A stretch of 64,000 nt of DNA from IMG/VR virus record IMGVR_UViG_3300005529_000001, positions 1 to 64,000 of that record; one strand, written 5' to 3'. Under the pieces are notes generated by a model. The model saw nothing but the letters and a program-made list of their open reading frames with translations. It had not been told where the DNA came from and did not search any database. The position numbers were made by a program, and so were the translations under genes. Position 1 is the first letter of the stretch, and each line of letters starts with the position of its first letter. Below are positions 8,929-16,354 of this stretch, one piece after another.

Positions 8929-9519
8929 TCACTCCCAGTCACCATTGTACCACCTAGACAGCCTGCTTTTCACGCCCGTTCGGTGATCAGTGACCTGGTC
9001 ATCTTGGGTGCGATACGTGCGAACCTTGTCGCCACGTTGGCCCGTGCCAACTTGCTGTTTACGATCAGTTTCTTTGGCGGTTCGTAATCGCTCTCTGTCA
9101 GCTTCATAGAGTCGAGCTGCAAGGACTTTCATCGCCATCGCTTTGTTTTGGCTTTGGCTTCGTTCATTGTCGATACGAACTTGTAACCCAGTCAACTTGT
9201 GAGTGACAACAACGCAGCTCTCGGTCTTGTTACGTTTCTGGCCACCCGGACCAGATCCGCGGACAGTCTCGATGAGAACGTCCTGGTACGTCAGGGGTTG
9301 GCCACTGACAAAATCAGGATCAAAGACAGCAACGGTTACCGTTGACGTCTGGACCCGACCACGTTTTTCAGTGGGTGGGATCCGTTGCCACCGGTGACCG
9401 CCGCTCTCGTTACAGAACGTCTGTTTGGCTCCTGCACCAGTGAAAGCGGCGATGACCAAACCTGGACGTTCGTCGATTAGTTCGATTTCAAAGACACCTC
9501 CGTGCTGCCACATTGGCAT
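8929..9519 (-). CDS. peptide chain release factor-like protein (RF1-type, N-terminally truncated)
   Basis: ESGGHRWQRIPPTEKRGRVQTST (PxT), GPGGQKRNKT (GGQ), RSQSQNK, RTY. Confidence 0.9.
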   Translation of the reverse strand: MPMWQHGGVFEIELIDERPGLVIAAFTGAGAKQTFCNESGGHRWQRIPPTEKRGRVQTSTVTVAVFDPDFVSGQPLTYQDVLIETVRGSGPGGQKRNKTESCVVVTHKLTGLQVRIDNERSQSQNKAMAMKVLAARLYEADRERLRTAKETDRKQQVGTGQRGDKVRTYRTQDDQVTDHRTGVKSRLSRWYNGDWE

Positions 9520-9566
9520 ACACAGAGAGTTGCTCTTTCACGAGCAGCTTTGCGTCATCGCCGCCC

Positions 9567-10073
9567 TCAGCGGCTCTGATCTCGAGGATGACCGTCTCCA
9601 TTGTCTGTCTCCCCAGCGACCGCTCCGAAGTGCTCGTCCAGGATCATCCTGTAGACACGCCGGTTGAGACCGCTGTGTTGTTTGAAAAACTCGTTATCGT
9701 CTCCCGCGAAGATCTTGAGCAATGCGCTCGCGACGCCGGGAGACCTGCTCAGGCCTGCATCACAGTGAATGATGATCCGGCTTGCGATGGGGTGAGCCGC
9801 AACAAAAGCGAGGATCGCTTTCGCGTGGTGCGGCTGGAACATCAATCGCTCGACGTCTTCTCTGACAACACGTTCAGGTTGTGTTCCACCAACCCGAGTG
9901 TCCCAGACACGATCGATGTCGTAGAACTGGAGCTGCAAGACGCCCAAGGTGTTGCTGTTGGTCGGGAGCCTAGCGGGTCCGTCTTCTTTGGGGGTGCTGA
10001 TTGAGATGAAAACGTGCGGAACCTTGTGTTCCACGGTCTCTGCAAGCTGTCTGTTATAAACGATGACGTCCAT
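9567..10073 (-). CDS. Cys-based (tyrosine/dual-specificity) phosphatase-like protein
   Basis: HCDAGLSRS CX5R loop; FYDID acid loop. Confidence 0.8.
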   Translation of the reverse strand: MDVIVYNRQLAETVEHKVPHVFISISTPKEDGPARLPTNSNTLGVLQLQFYDIDRVWDTRVGGTQPERVVREDVERLMFQPHHAKAILAFVAAHPIASRIIIHCDAGLSRSPGVASALLKIFAGDDNEFFKQHSGLNRRVYRMILDEHFGAVAGETDNGDGHPRDQSR

Positions 10074-10112
10074 GAGACATCCTACCCCTCAGGCGATGTT
10101 GAATTCACTCTG

Positions 10113-10190
10113 CGGTACCGGGAGTGGGACTCGAACCCACGGTGTGTCGGCTTATGAGACCGATGCTGTTGCCACTGAAGCCACCCCGGC
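10113..10190 (-). tRNA. tRNA-CAT (elongator Met or Ile2)
   Basis: TCGGT-CTCATAA-GCCGA. Confidence 0.85.
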
Positions 10191-10193
10191 GTA

Positions 10194-10279
10194 CCCAACG
10201 AGTTTTCACTTTCTCACTACCCGGTACTCCCGCCGGGTTCGCAGCTGCCGCTACCTGCGGCAAGTTACTGTTCGCTGGG
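10194..10279 (-). ncRNA. AGUA/GAA module copy O (ACUU/AAGU variant)
   Basis: CCCAGCGA-AC-AGUA-ACUU...AAGU-GAA-AAC-UCGUUGGG; two inner hairpins. Confidence 0.75.
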
Positions 10280-10353
10280 TGCTGACGGCGGGAGTCGAAC
10301 CCGCAGAACCCTGCTTCTAAGGCAGGTATGTATGCCTGTTCCATCACGTCAGC
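10277..10353 (-). tRNA. trnL: tRNA-Leu(TAG), short variable arm
   Basis: CCTGC-CTTAGAA-GCAGG; 5-nt variable region. Confidence 0.8.
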
Positions 10354-10358
10354 ATTGA

Positions 10359-10436
10359 GAGTGCCCCCGGCCCGATTCGAACGGGCGACCCGCTGCTTCG
10401 AAGGCAGCCGCTCTGAATCCGCTGAGCTACGGGGGC
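10359..10436 (-). tRNA. trnR: tRNA-Arg(TCG)
   Basis: GCTGC-CTTCGAA-GCAGC. Confidence 0.92.
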
Positions 10437-10475
10437 ATATTTCCATTTCGTGCAAGACTATGGTATGGTGGCGTC

Positions 10476-10985
10476 ATGGATACCCACACCAATGGGACCA
10501 ACGGGAAGACCATCCCGACACGGACCAGCCTGGTACCGGTCGAGGTGGAGCTCTCTCCGCGGCCCAACATCGAACGCATCTTCCACCTTGCCTCAGAAGT
10601 TGTCAACATTGAGGCAAAACGTAACGAGGTGATGACTGAGCTGAAAGAGCTCGTTGTCAAGCTCGATGAGACTGACACTATGAGGTTGTTGCTTGCAATG
10701 GCGAAGCAACCGAACATCGCTAGCTCAGCGCTGGCGACCTTGCCAATCTTGGAGGGAGCAAAGACCATCGTCCCACCGCCCATCACCAAAGAGCCCACGT
10801 TGACCGATGAATACAAGGGTCGCATCATGGCTCTGATGGGCGATGGCCGTGAACGCAAGGCCGAAGCGGTCATCAAAGCGCTCAAGGCAAAGAAGCAGAA
10901 ATCGACTGTTTACTTGGCTTTGGGCCAGCTGGTCGGCGAAGGGCAGTTGGTGAAGCCGGCGTTCGCTCACTATCGCAAACGCTAA
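10476..10985 (+). CDS. putative DNA-binding protein (C-terminal winged-helix-like)
   Basis: coherent plus-strand ORF with own -10 (TATGGT) and downstream hairpin. Confidence 0.65.
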   Translation: MDTHTNGTNGKTIPTRTSLVPVEVELSPRPNIERIFHLASEVVNIEAKRNEVMTELKELVVKLDETDTMRLLLAMAKQPNIASSALATLPILEGAKTIVPPPITKEPTLTDEYKGRIMALMGDGRERKAEAVIKALKAKKQKSTVYLALGQLVGEGQLVKPAFAHYRKR

Positions 10986-10994
10986 AACTTGGTG

Positions 10995-11025
10995 GGGGCC
11001 CAGAGAGATCATCCCTGGGCCCCCG
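10995..11025. terminator. GC-rich hairpin between convergent units
   Basis: GGGGCCCAG...CTGGGCCCC inverted repeat. Confidence 0.55.
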
Positions 11026-11029
11026 TCGA

Positions 11030-11384
11030 GGGAGGAGGGCCGATAAGCCGGGTTCTGTCGTTGGGCGATCATTCCTCTGGGATGCATGTTGCCATGCACC
11101 TCAAGCAGCAACCCGGGAACATCGGGCGAGCAGCCCTCAACCGTTCCCTGTTTGCCTTGCTGCGGATGGGGTTTGCCACAAGGGACTGTCACCAGCCCTG
11201 TCGGGGTCTCTTACACCTCGGTTTCGCCCTTGCCTGATCGAGGGGTTGTTTCCCCAAGCCATCGGCGGTCTGTTTTCTGTTGCACTGTTCCGTCGCGTCG
11301 CCGCGCCTGGCCGTTAGCCAGCATCCTGCTCTGTGCAGCCCGGACTTTCCTCTGCATGAATGCAGCGATTCGCCTGGCCTTCCC
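11030..11384 (-). ncRNA. rnpB: RNase P RNA, type A
   Basis: GAGGAAAGTCCGGGC, AGTGCAACAGAAA, ACAGAACCCGGCTTATCGGCC hallmark segments. Confidence 0.97.
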
Positions 11385-11385
11385 A

Positions 11386-11472
11386 CGGTGCCAACGGAGG
11401 GATTCGAACCCTCACGTCCTTTCGGACCCCTGCTTCTGAGGCAAGGAAGTCTGCCAGTTTCATCACGTTGGC
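11386..11472 (-). tRNA. trnL: tRNA-Leu(CAG)
   Basis: CTTGC-CTCAGAA-GCAGG, long variable arm. Confidence 0.92.
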
Positions 11473-11522
11473 GTTGGGGGTGAATCCGGTTACCTCACCC
11501 AGGGGTATTGCTACGCCGGTTG

Positions 11523-11876
11523 TTACACGTCCACGGCAATTTTCATGGCCTTGCCTCGAGCCAGCTGGAGCTTGTTGATGAAGACTAGCATGTTGACCAC
11601 ACCGATGTCGCCCATGGGCCAGCGCACCATCTCGTTCTGTAGCTTCTCTGATAGCTCTTCGCTCAAGCCGGTGTCGGCTCTGTTCCCGTCAACGACGACC
11701 GCGACGTCAATGTCGCTGTCAGCGCGGAAGAAATTCTTGTCGATGACGCTGCCCACGATGTAGACTTCCCGGCATGGGAGACCCAACACATCAGCCGCTG
11801 TGTTCCTGATGAAGCCGGCATTCTGCTTCAGGATCTCGATCGCTTCTTGCCGGTACTCTTCGAGTTCAGGGTCCAT
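11523..11876 (-). CDS. minimal nucleotidyltransferase (Pol beta superfamily)
   Basis: VYIVGSV...DSDIDVAVVV (GS...DxD). Confidence 0.8.
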   Translation of the reverse strand: MDPELEEYRQEAIEILKQNAGFIRNTAADVLGLPCREVYIVGSVIDKNFFRADSDIDVAVVVDGNRADTGLSEELSEKLQNEMVRWPMGDIGVVNMLVFINKLQLARGKAMKIAVDV

Positions 11877-11962
11877 CGTGCTAACAGGGGGAGTCGAACC
11901 CCCACGCCCTTTCGGGCACCAGGCTCTCGACCTGGCGCGTCTGCCAATTCCGCCATGTTAGC
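11876..11962 (-). tRNA. trnL: tRNA-Leu(GAG)
   Basis: CCAGG-TCGAGAG-CCTGG (C33). Confidence 0.9.
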
Positions 11963-11965
11963 GTG

Positions 11966-12190
11966 TCATCCGAGCGAGTCTCTGTAAATAGCGCAGTGAT
12001 GAAGGAACTCGTCCTTCGGGGGTGCGCAAGGCTCTGGAACCACCCGCTCGGGTAGCAGGTTCCACAGCTCAGGCACCCACCAACAAAGGTTGTGCCCTTT
12101 CGCATCACGGTGCTGGCGGATGCCAGCGCGCAAGCGCTTGATTTCTTCGATCAGGTCCTCTCGGGACTTGGTTTCGAGATCGTCATCCAT
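11966..12190 (-). CDS. hypothetical protein
   Basis: ATG ORF filling inter-tRNA gap. Confidence 0.6.
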   Translation of the reverse strand: MDDDLETKSREDLIEEIKRLRAGIRQHRDAKGHNLCWWVPELWNLLPERVVPEPCAPPKDEFLHHCAIYRDSLG

Positions 12191-12265
12191 GGTGCCCCCA
12201 GCGGGATTCGAACCCGCGTTTTCTGGGTGAAGGCCAAACGTCCTGGGCCACTAGACGATGGGGGC
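12190..12265 (-). tRNA. trnE: tRNA-Glu(TTC)
   Basis: Glu-type D arm; loop CCTTCAC (C33). Confidence 0.85.
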
Positions 12266-12339
12266 GTGCATGTGTTGAGGTTCTACGGTGCACAACGTAG
12301 CTCGCTTTTGGCATAAAGCCTAAGGATCAATCCAGCACA

Positions 12340-12416
12340 TGGGGTGTCCGACGGGATTCGAACCCGCGTAAGTACGGTCACAGCGTACCCCCTGAGGCCA
12401 CTCGGGTACGGACACC
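12340..12416 (-). tRNA. trnH: tRNA-His(GTG)
   Basis: G-1:C73; GTACG-CTGTGAC-CGTAC. Confidence 0.92.
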
Positions 12417-12592
12417 ATGCGTGCCCGTTTGGGCACAACGTTCAGTTCTTGGTTGATTTCTTGTTATCTTTGTGGTGCTTGTCATGGTGGTTCTTGTAGA
12501 GAACCGCACCGGCGATGACAGCGATCACGATTGCAGCGAGCTTGAGCTTGTTCTTCATTTTCATATCGTACACCGTGTTGCACCAAAGTGCA

Positions 12593-12667
12593 AGGAGCTG
12601 AGGAAGGGACTTGAACCCTCAATCGCCTGCTTACAAGACAGGAGCATTGCCATTATGCTACCTCAGC
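12593..12667 (-). tRNA. trnT: tRNA-Thr(TGT)
   Basis: CCTGT-CTTGTAA-GCAGG. Confidence 0.9.
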
Positions 12668-12670
12668 AAA

Positions 12671-12764
12671 ACCCGTTCACCTGCTGCCCTGGAGTTGAAC
12701 TCAGGCCCTCCCGCTTGGACGGCGGGCGTGCGACCGTTACACTTGCACATGTGGTTACTTGGAT
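12671..12764 (-). ncRNA. AGUA/GAA module copy G carrying a degenerate tRNA body (loop CGTCCAA)
   Basis: AUCC-A-AGUA-ACC...GGU-GAA-C-GGGU; CCCGC/GCGGG arm plus TTCAACT T-loop. Confidence 0.7.
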
Positions 12765-12850
12765 GGTGATCTCCGTGGGACTCGAACCCACACGCCCTTG
12801 CGGGCACCGGATTTTAAATCCAGCGCGTATGCCGATTTCGCCAGGAGACC
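12764..12850 (-). tRNA. trnL: tRNA-Leu(TAA)
   Basis: CTGGA-TTTAAAA-TCCGG. Confidence 0.92.
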
Positions 12851-12851
12851 G

Positions 12852-12926
12852 TGGAGCGAGCGGCGGGATTCGAACCCGCGTTTCCAGGCTGGCGACCTGG
12901 CACATGTGCCTCTCTGTCACACTCGC
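12852..12926 (-). tRNA. trnG: tRNA-Gly(GCC), second copy
   Basis: CCAGG-TCGCCAG-CCTGG (C33), U73. Confidence 0.85.
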
Positions 12927-12930
12927 ATTT

Positions 12931-13040
12931 GCTTTCACCTTCAAGGAATTGAACCTCCACCTCCCAGCTTCGCGCCAGGTGTTCTCCCATTAAACTACAG
13001 TTAGCTTCTCAGCCAACTGGGAACTGGTTACTCACGGAGC
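12931..13040 (-). ncRNA. AGUA/GAA module copy H carrying a tRNA body lacking the 3' acceptor strand
   Basis: AGUA-ACC...D-arm TAGTTTAATGGGAGAA, loop CGCGAAG, GGTTCAATTCC, then GGU-GAA. Confidence 0.65.
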
Positions 13041-13110
13041 TGGCCACGGGAGTCGAACCCGTCATCTCGTCCGTACCAAGGACGCGTGTTCCCACGCCTA
13101 CTCGGCCAGC
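13035..13110 (-). tRNA. trnT: tRNA-Thr(GGT)
   Basis: CGTCC-TTGGTAC-GGACG. Confidence 0.88.
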
Positions 13111-13113
13111 AAT

Positions 13114-13234
13114 CTTCGTTCACCTGCGTCGAAAGGGACTCGAACCCTTACCCAAGCTCAACACTTGGAAACCGGTTTTGTGCCGGCCGCGTATGCCTGT
13201 TTTTCCGCCATCGACCTATGTTGGTTACTGGAAG
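13114..13234 (-). ncRNA. AGUA/GAA module copy I carrying a CCA-less tRNA-Leu(CAA)-like body
   Basis: CUUC-C-AGUA-ACC...GGU-GAA-C-GAAG; GCCGG-CACAAAA-CCGGT, long variable arm, GGTTCGAGTCC. Confidence 0.72.
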
Positions 13235-13310
13235 GGAGTCGACGGCAGGATTCGGACCTGCGAATACCTGGGTTGCAGCCAGGCCCCTTGAACCGCTTGG
13301 GTACGTCGAC
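13234..13310 (-). tRNA. trnC: tRNA-Cys(GCA)
   Basis: CCTGG-CTGCAAC-CCAGG, U73. Confidence 0.9.
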
Positions 13311-13311
13311 G

Positions 13312-13650
13312 TCACATGCCGCCGCCCATTCCGTGGCGGCCGTTGTCGTTGTTGCTCTTGTTGTTGTAGTTCACCCCGCGTGCTTTGCCGTAGCTTGGCA
13401 CCGGGGGCTTGCTATCATCGAGATCGTCTTGGAGAGGCTTGTCTTCAGCGTCGTCTCGTGAGTTGGGACCCTTTGGCAACCGGAGGTTGCCCAGGTCAGT
13501 CGGGTGAGTGTCAGCCATCTTGTCGGGCACTCCATAGACGTGCTCGACCTTTTCTTTTGGCCAACCGTAGACTGCCTTTGCAGCCTCCCTGATTGTCTCA
13601 CGGAGCTCACCGAGACGGATCTTCACGTCTGTAAGTATCTCTGTCCCCAC
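13312..13650 (-). CDS. hypothetical protein with VKIRLGELRETIREA motif
   Basis: ORF fills gap between tRNAs; start overlaps tRNA-Phe 3' end. Confidence 0.55.
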   Translation of the reverse strand: MGTEILTDVKIRLGELRETIREAAKAVYGWPKEKVEHVYGVPDKMADTHPTDLGNLRLPKGPNSRDDAEDKPLQDDLDDSKPPVPSYGKARGVNYNNKSNNDNGRHGMGGGM

Positions 13651-13714
13651 GGCCGGACTCGAACCGGCACCTCCTGGGCTTCAACCAGGCGCTCGACCAT
13701 CGAGCTGCAAGGGG
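13641..13714 (-). tRNA. trnF: tRNA-Phe(GAA), acceptor mismatch
   Basis: CCTGG-TTGAAGC-CCAGG. Confidence 0.75.
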
Positions 13715-13788
13715 GTGGCCTGGGTCGGGATCGAACCGACATCTTACGGGTTTCAACCGTACGCTAAGACCACATCAGCTACCAGGCC
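13713..13788 (-). tRNA. trnF: tRNA-Phe(GAA)
   Basis: TACGG-TTGAAAC-CCGTA. Confidence 0.88.
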
Positions 13789-13797
13789 ATGTGTGGT

Positions 13798-13874
13798 TGG
13801 GGTGACCGGTGGGAATCGAACCCACGTTGACGCATTCACAGTGCGCCCTCTGAAGACCTCTCGAGTACGGCCAC
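13798..13874 (-). tRNA. trnH: tRNA-His(GTG), second copy
   Basis: CGCA-CTGTGAA-TGCG, G-1. Confidence 0.85.
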
Positions 13875-13950
13875 AGTCAGAGACCCCGGAATCGAACCGG
13901 GCCTGCGTCTGGCTCCAAACCAGCTAGGGCGCCTCCTCCCCATGTCTCTG
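13875..13950 (-). tRNA. trnP: tRNA-Pro(TGG), atypical D arm
   Basis: C1:G72, CTGG-TTTGGAG-CCAG. Confidence 0.65.
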
Positions 13951-14022
13951 GAGCTGGCGAAGGGATTCGAACCCTCACAGGCCTGCTTACGACGCAGGAG
14001 CCCACCGTTGGGCGACACCAGC
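13949..14022 (-). tRNA. trnT: tRNA-Thr(CGT)
   Basis: CCTGC-GTCGTAA-GCAGG. Confidence 0.88.
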
Positions 14023-14025
14023 AAT

Positions 14026-14142
14026 CACACGATCTGAGGACTCGAACCTCACCTCCCCTTGCATGCCGGGCAACCCGCCCATGTACGATTCGAACGTACC
14101 AACAACTAGACGGGGCACATGCACCAGCGCACCCATCGCGTG
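14026..14142 (-). ncRNA. tRNA-like RNA with two T-arms
   Basis: GTACG-TTCGAAT-CGTAC and TGAGG-TTCGAGT-CCTCA inside an 8-bp terminal helix. Confidence 0.65.
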
Positions 14143-14215
14143 GTCAGGGTGGTGGGACTCGAACCCACGGCCTCGTCCATCCGAGGGACGCCGTCTGCCA
14201 CTGACTTACACCCTG
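14141..14215 (-). tRNA. trnP: tRNA-Pro(CGG)
   Basis: CGTCC-CTCGGAT-GGACG. Confidence 0.9.
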
Positions 14216-14219
14216 AAAT

Positions 14220-14530
14220 CATCGACCGTCCGATCGCCTCGGCGAGGATATCACCCCTCACACCTGCTCACGTCAGTCACGTTGTTCCGTCACAAGGCTC
14301 AGCAGCTAGCTAGGCCGCCTCAACACCCTGGCGGGAGTTTACCCGCATGCGCTGTTGCTCTGATCGCCGTAAGGCAGCGCACCGTCTTTCCCCCGAATAA
14401 GGAACTGTCTGATCGGAGTACGGACGACGTTACGTTTCCGCGTGCATCGGACCTGACCAGCTCCCGTTGCCAGTGCCTTTCCCCGAGCCAGGGATGGGCT
14501 TTCAGCCACGTGACGGTAGGACGGTCGATG
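14220..14530 (-). ncRNA. unassigned ~310-nt structured RNA
   Basis: 12-bp perfect terminal helix CATCGACCGTCC/GGACGGTCGATG plus several internal helices and GNRA-type loops. Confidence 0.65.
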
Positions 14531-14607
14531 GTCAGCGTAAGAGGATTCGAACCTCCGACCTCGTGCACCCCAAGCACGCGCTCTAAACCAGGCTGAGCTA
14601 TACGCTG
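14529..14607 (-). tRNA. trnP: tRNA-Pro(GGG)
   Basis: CGTGC-TTGGGGT-GCACG. Confidence 0.93.
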
Positions 14608-14734
14608 ATACGTTCTTCACAGTCTCCACCTCAGTAGGCGTCAGCCAAACACCGTGAGGTGGGCCGCTCCAGACGCTTCTTCGGGTATTCCCTTAGAGAG
14701 GCGTCAAACCTGAGGAACGCAGAGTCTGTTTGTT

Positions 14735-14810
14735 TCGTGGGAAAGGAGGGACTCGGACCCTCGATCTTCTCCGTGTGAGAGAGCTGTTCTTGCCGCTGAA
14801 CTACATTCCC
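14735..14810 (-). tRNA. trnV: tRNA-Val(CAC)
   Basis: CTCT-CTCACAC-GGAG. Confidence 0.82.
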
Positions 14811-14833
14811 GAAGATTGAAGCCTCCTTGGCTT

Positions 14834-14910
14834 CCGTCGGAGCGGTCGGATTTGAACCGACAACATCTTGCACCCAAAGCAAGTGCACTACCGGATTGTG
14901 CTACGCTCCG
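14834..14910 (-). tRNA. trnP: tRNA-Pro(TGG)
   Basis: CTTGC-TTTGGGT-GCAAG. Confidence 0.92.
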
Positions 14911-15101
14911 TTTTTCTGTCTTCTGCCGGGCGTCTCTGCCGGCTTGCCGTTTTCAACCCCTATGGGGGCACGGCAATCGAAACGGCAGCACTCCTGTGGT
15001 AGACGTGAGGCCGCCGACGCTTGAGCGCCGTGGTTCACTTCTGCCTAATAGGATGCTCGACATCATGACGAATGATCTCGTTTCGTTTGTTCGGCTTTCG
15101 C

Positions 15102-15179
15102 CGGTGACCCTGGGGGGATTCGAACCCGCCATTTCCACCGTGAGAGGGTGGCTGCCTTAGCCGTTAGCAAGACAGGGCC
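15102..15179 (-). tRNA. trnE: tRNA-Glu(CTC)
   Basis: CCACC-CTCTCAC-GGTGG. Confidence 0.88.
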
Positions 15180-15249
15180 GTGTAGAACCATACTCTAGGT
15201 GGTGGTCGCCGCTTGTTTCACAACTTTTTGCACTTTTTTCGTGTGTGAA

Positions 15250-15606
15250 TCAAACGGTCTCTTCAAGGTCATCAAGGATGCCGCCCCATTGCGGGTACAC
15301 AGCGTCGACGTCAACGCCCATCTTCCGGAGCTTTTTCTGGTTGCTCCTGATGACCTGACGAGCCCAACGTTTCATGAACGACTGCGAGTGAGCCGAGCTA
15401 GACTCTGTTGACTGGGCGATGATGACCTTGCCGTTGCTGTCCTTGACGGTTGCTGTCAGCTGCCACGTTGCGCTAAGGAACAACGCAATCGTCTTGTCTT
15501 CGATCTCCAGCGTAGCGCTGCCTGGCATCCTCTTTGTCGAGGGAGGCGGGTCTTCGTCGATCAGATCGTCTAGCTCAAGCTCTTCGAAACTTCCGAACCC
15601 ACTCAT
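15250..15606 (-). CDS. hypothetical protein
   Basis: tiles with neighbours on minus strand. Confidence 0.6.
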   Translation of the reverse strand: MSGFGSFEELELDDLIDEDPPPSTKRMPGSATLEIEDKTIALFLSATWQLTATVKDSNGKVIIAQSTESSSAHSQSFMKRWARQVIRSNQKKLRKMGVDVDAVYPQWGGILDDLEETV

Positions 15607-15624
15607 TGTTGTGACCCTTACGTA

Positions 15625-15888
15625 TCAGTTGATCTGAGCGTAACGGTACCACACTTTTCCCTCATCGGTGCTCCAAACCCGGCTGTGACCGGGACTGGCA
15701 CCGAGTTCAGGTGGGATGTTGGGCCATTCAAGAGCAATAGCCCACCGGTTTTCGGTCGGGACAAAAGCACAGTCAGAGACGATCGCGGTGGCATAGCGTT
15801 GCAGGTTGCCACCGACAACGACACGCTCACCCTTCTGGACGGGCGGGTTCATGTCTTTACGGTACCACTGACAGGCACCATCCTTCAC
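15625..15888 (-). CDS. small SH3/KOW-like protein
   Basis: VQKGERVVV beta pattern. Confidence 0.5.
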   Translation of the reverse strand: MKDGACQWYRKDMNPPVQKGERVVVGGNLQRYATAIVSDCAFVPTENRWAIALEWPNIPPELGASPGHSRVWSTDEGKVWYRYAQIN

Positions 15889-15900
15889 TCGACGTTGCCC

Positions 15901-16152
15901 TCAGACAACTTCAAGGAACGCGCCGAAGGCCCAACCCCCGCCGTGAGGGCCCAACACATAGACGCTACCCCCGTCGCTTCTCTCAATCGCGATGACCAAC
16001 GCAACCTCTCGAGTCTCAAGACGGCTGATGCGCCGGGGCAACACATCACCAGCCATTGGCCGTGCGCCGCCCGGAACGCTGAAAAGGTCTATGGGCTCAT
16101 CGAGCCAGCTGACTGGCTTCACCAGCTGGCCTGCTTTGAAGATCCCGCTCAT
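15901..16152 (-). CDS. small SH3/KOW-like protein
   Basis: FKAGQLVKP. Confidence 0.55.
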   Translation of the reverse strand: MSGIFKAGQLVKPVSWLDEPIDLFSVPGGARPMAGDVLPRRISRLETREVALVIAIERSDGGSVYVLGPHGGGWAFGAFLEVV

Positions 16153-16354
16153 CCTCGTCCTCGAACATCAGATCAAGTAGGTACATCAGGTGTTCCCCGT
16201 TGTCACCGTCGCCTCCCGACTTGAAACAAAAAGAGTCATTACCCTCTTCGTAGTCAAGCTTTTTGATAGCTTCGTAGATCTTGATTGACCTTGGATCGTG
16301 TGGGACCCCGTTCTCCCAACGCTCGTTGATCCTATCTCTCTTCTTTTTGGTCAC
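16097..16354 (-). CDS. hypothetical protein
   Basis: FCFKSGGDGDNGEHLMYLLD; tiles with neighbours. Confidence 0.6.
   Translation of the reverse strand: MTKKKRDRINERWENGVPHDPRSIKIYEAIKKLDYEEGNDSFCFKSGGDGDNGEHLMYLLDLMFEDEDERDLQSRPAGEASQLAR

Noticed and set aside
11473-11525. GGTAACC and TTCACC words near tRNA-Leu
   Set aside because: Wrong orientation for the module; explained by a simple GGGTGA/TCACCC hairpin.
14220-14530. Group II intron domain 5/6 or second RNase P assignment for the 310-nt RNA
   Set aside because: Only short word-level resemblance; order and pairing do not fit either consensus by eye.
14610-14735. Spacer with ACAG/CUGU-GAA resembling a module
   Set aside because: The AGUA strand is absent (ACAA); kept only as a structured spacer.
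710-15160. Many listed ORFs overlapping tRNAs (e.g. 744-1208, 10105-10455, 12663-12944, 13086-13592, 14063-14596)
   Set aside because: Shadow ORFs read through tRNA/ncRNA sequence with no protein-like features.
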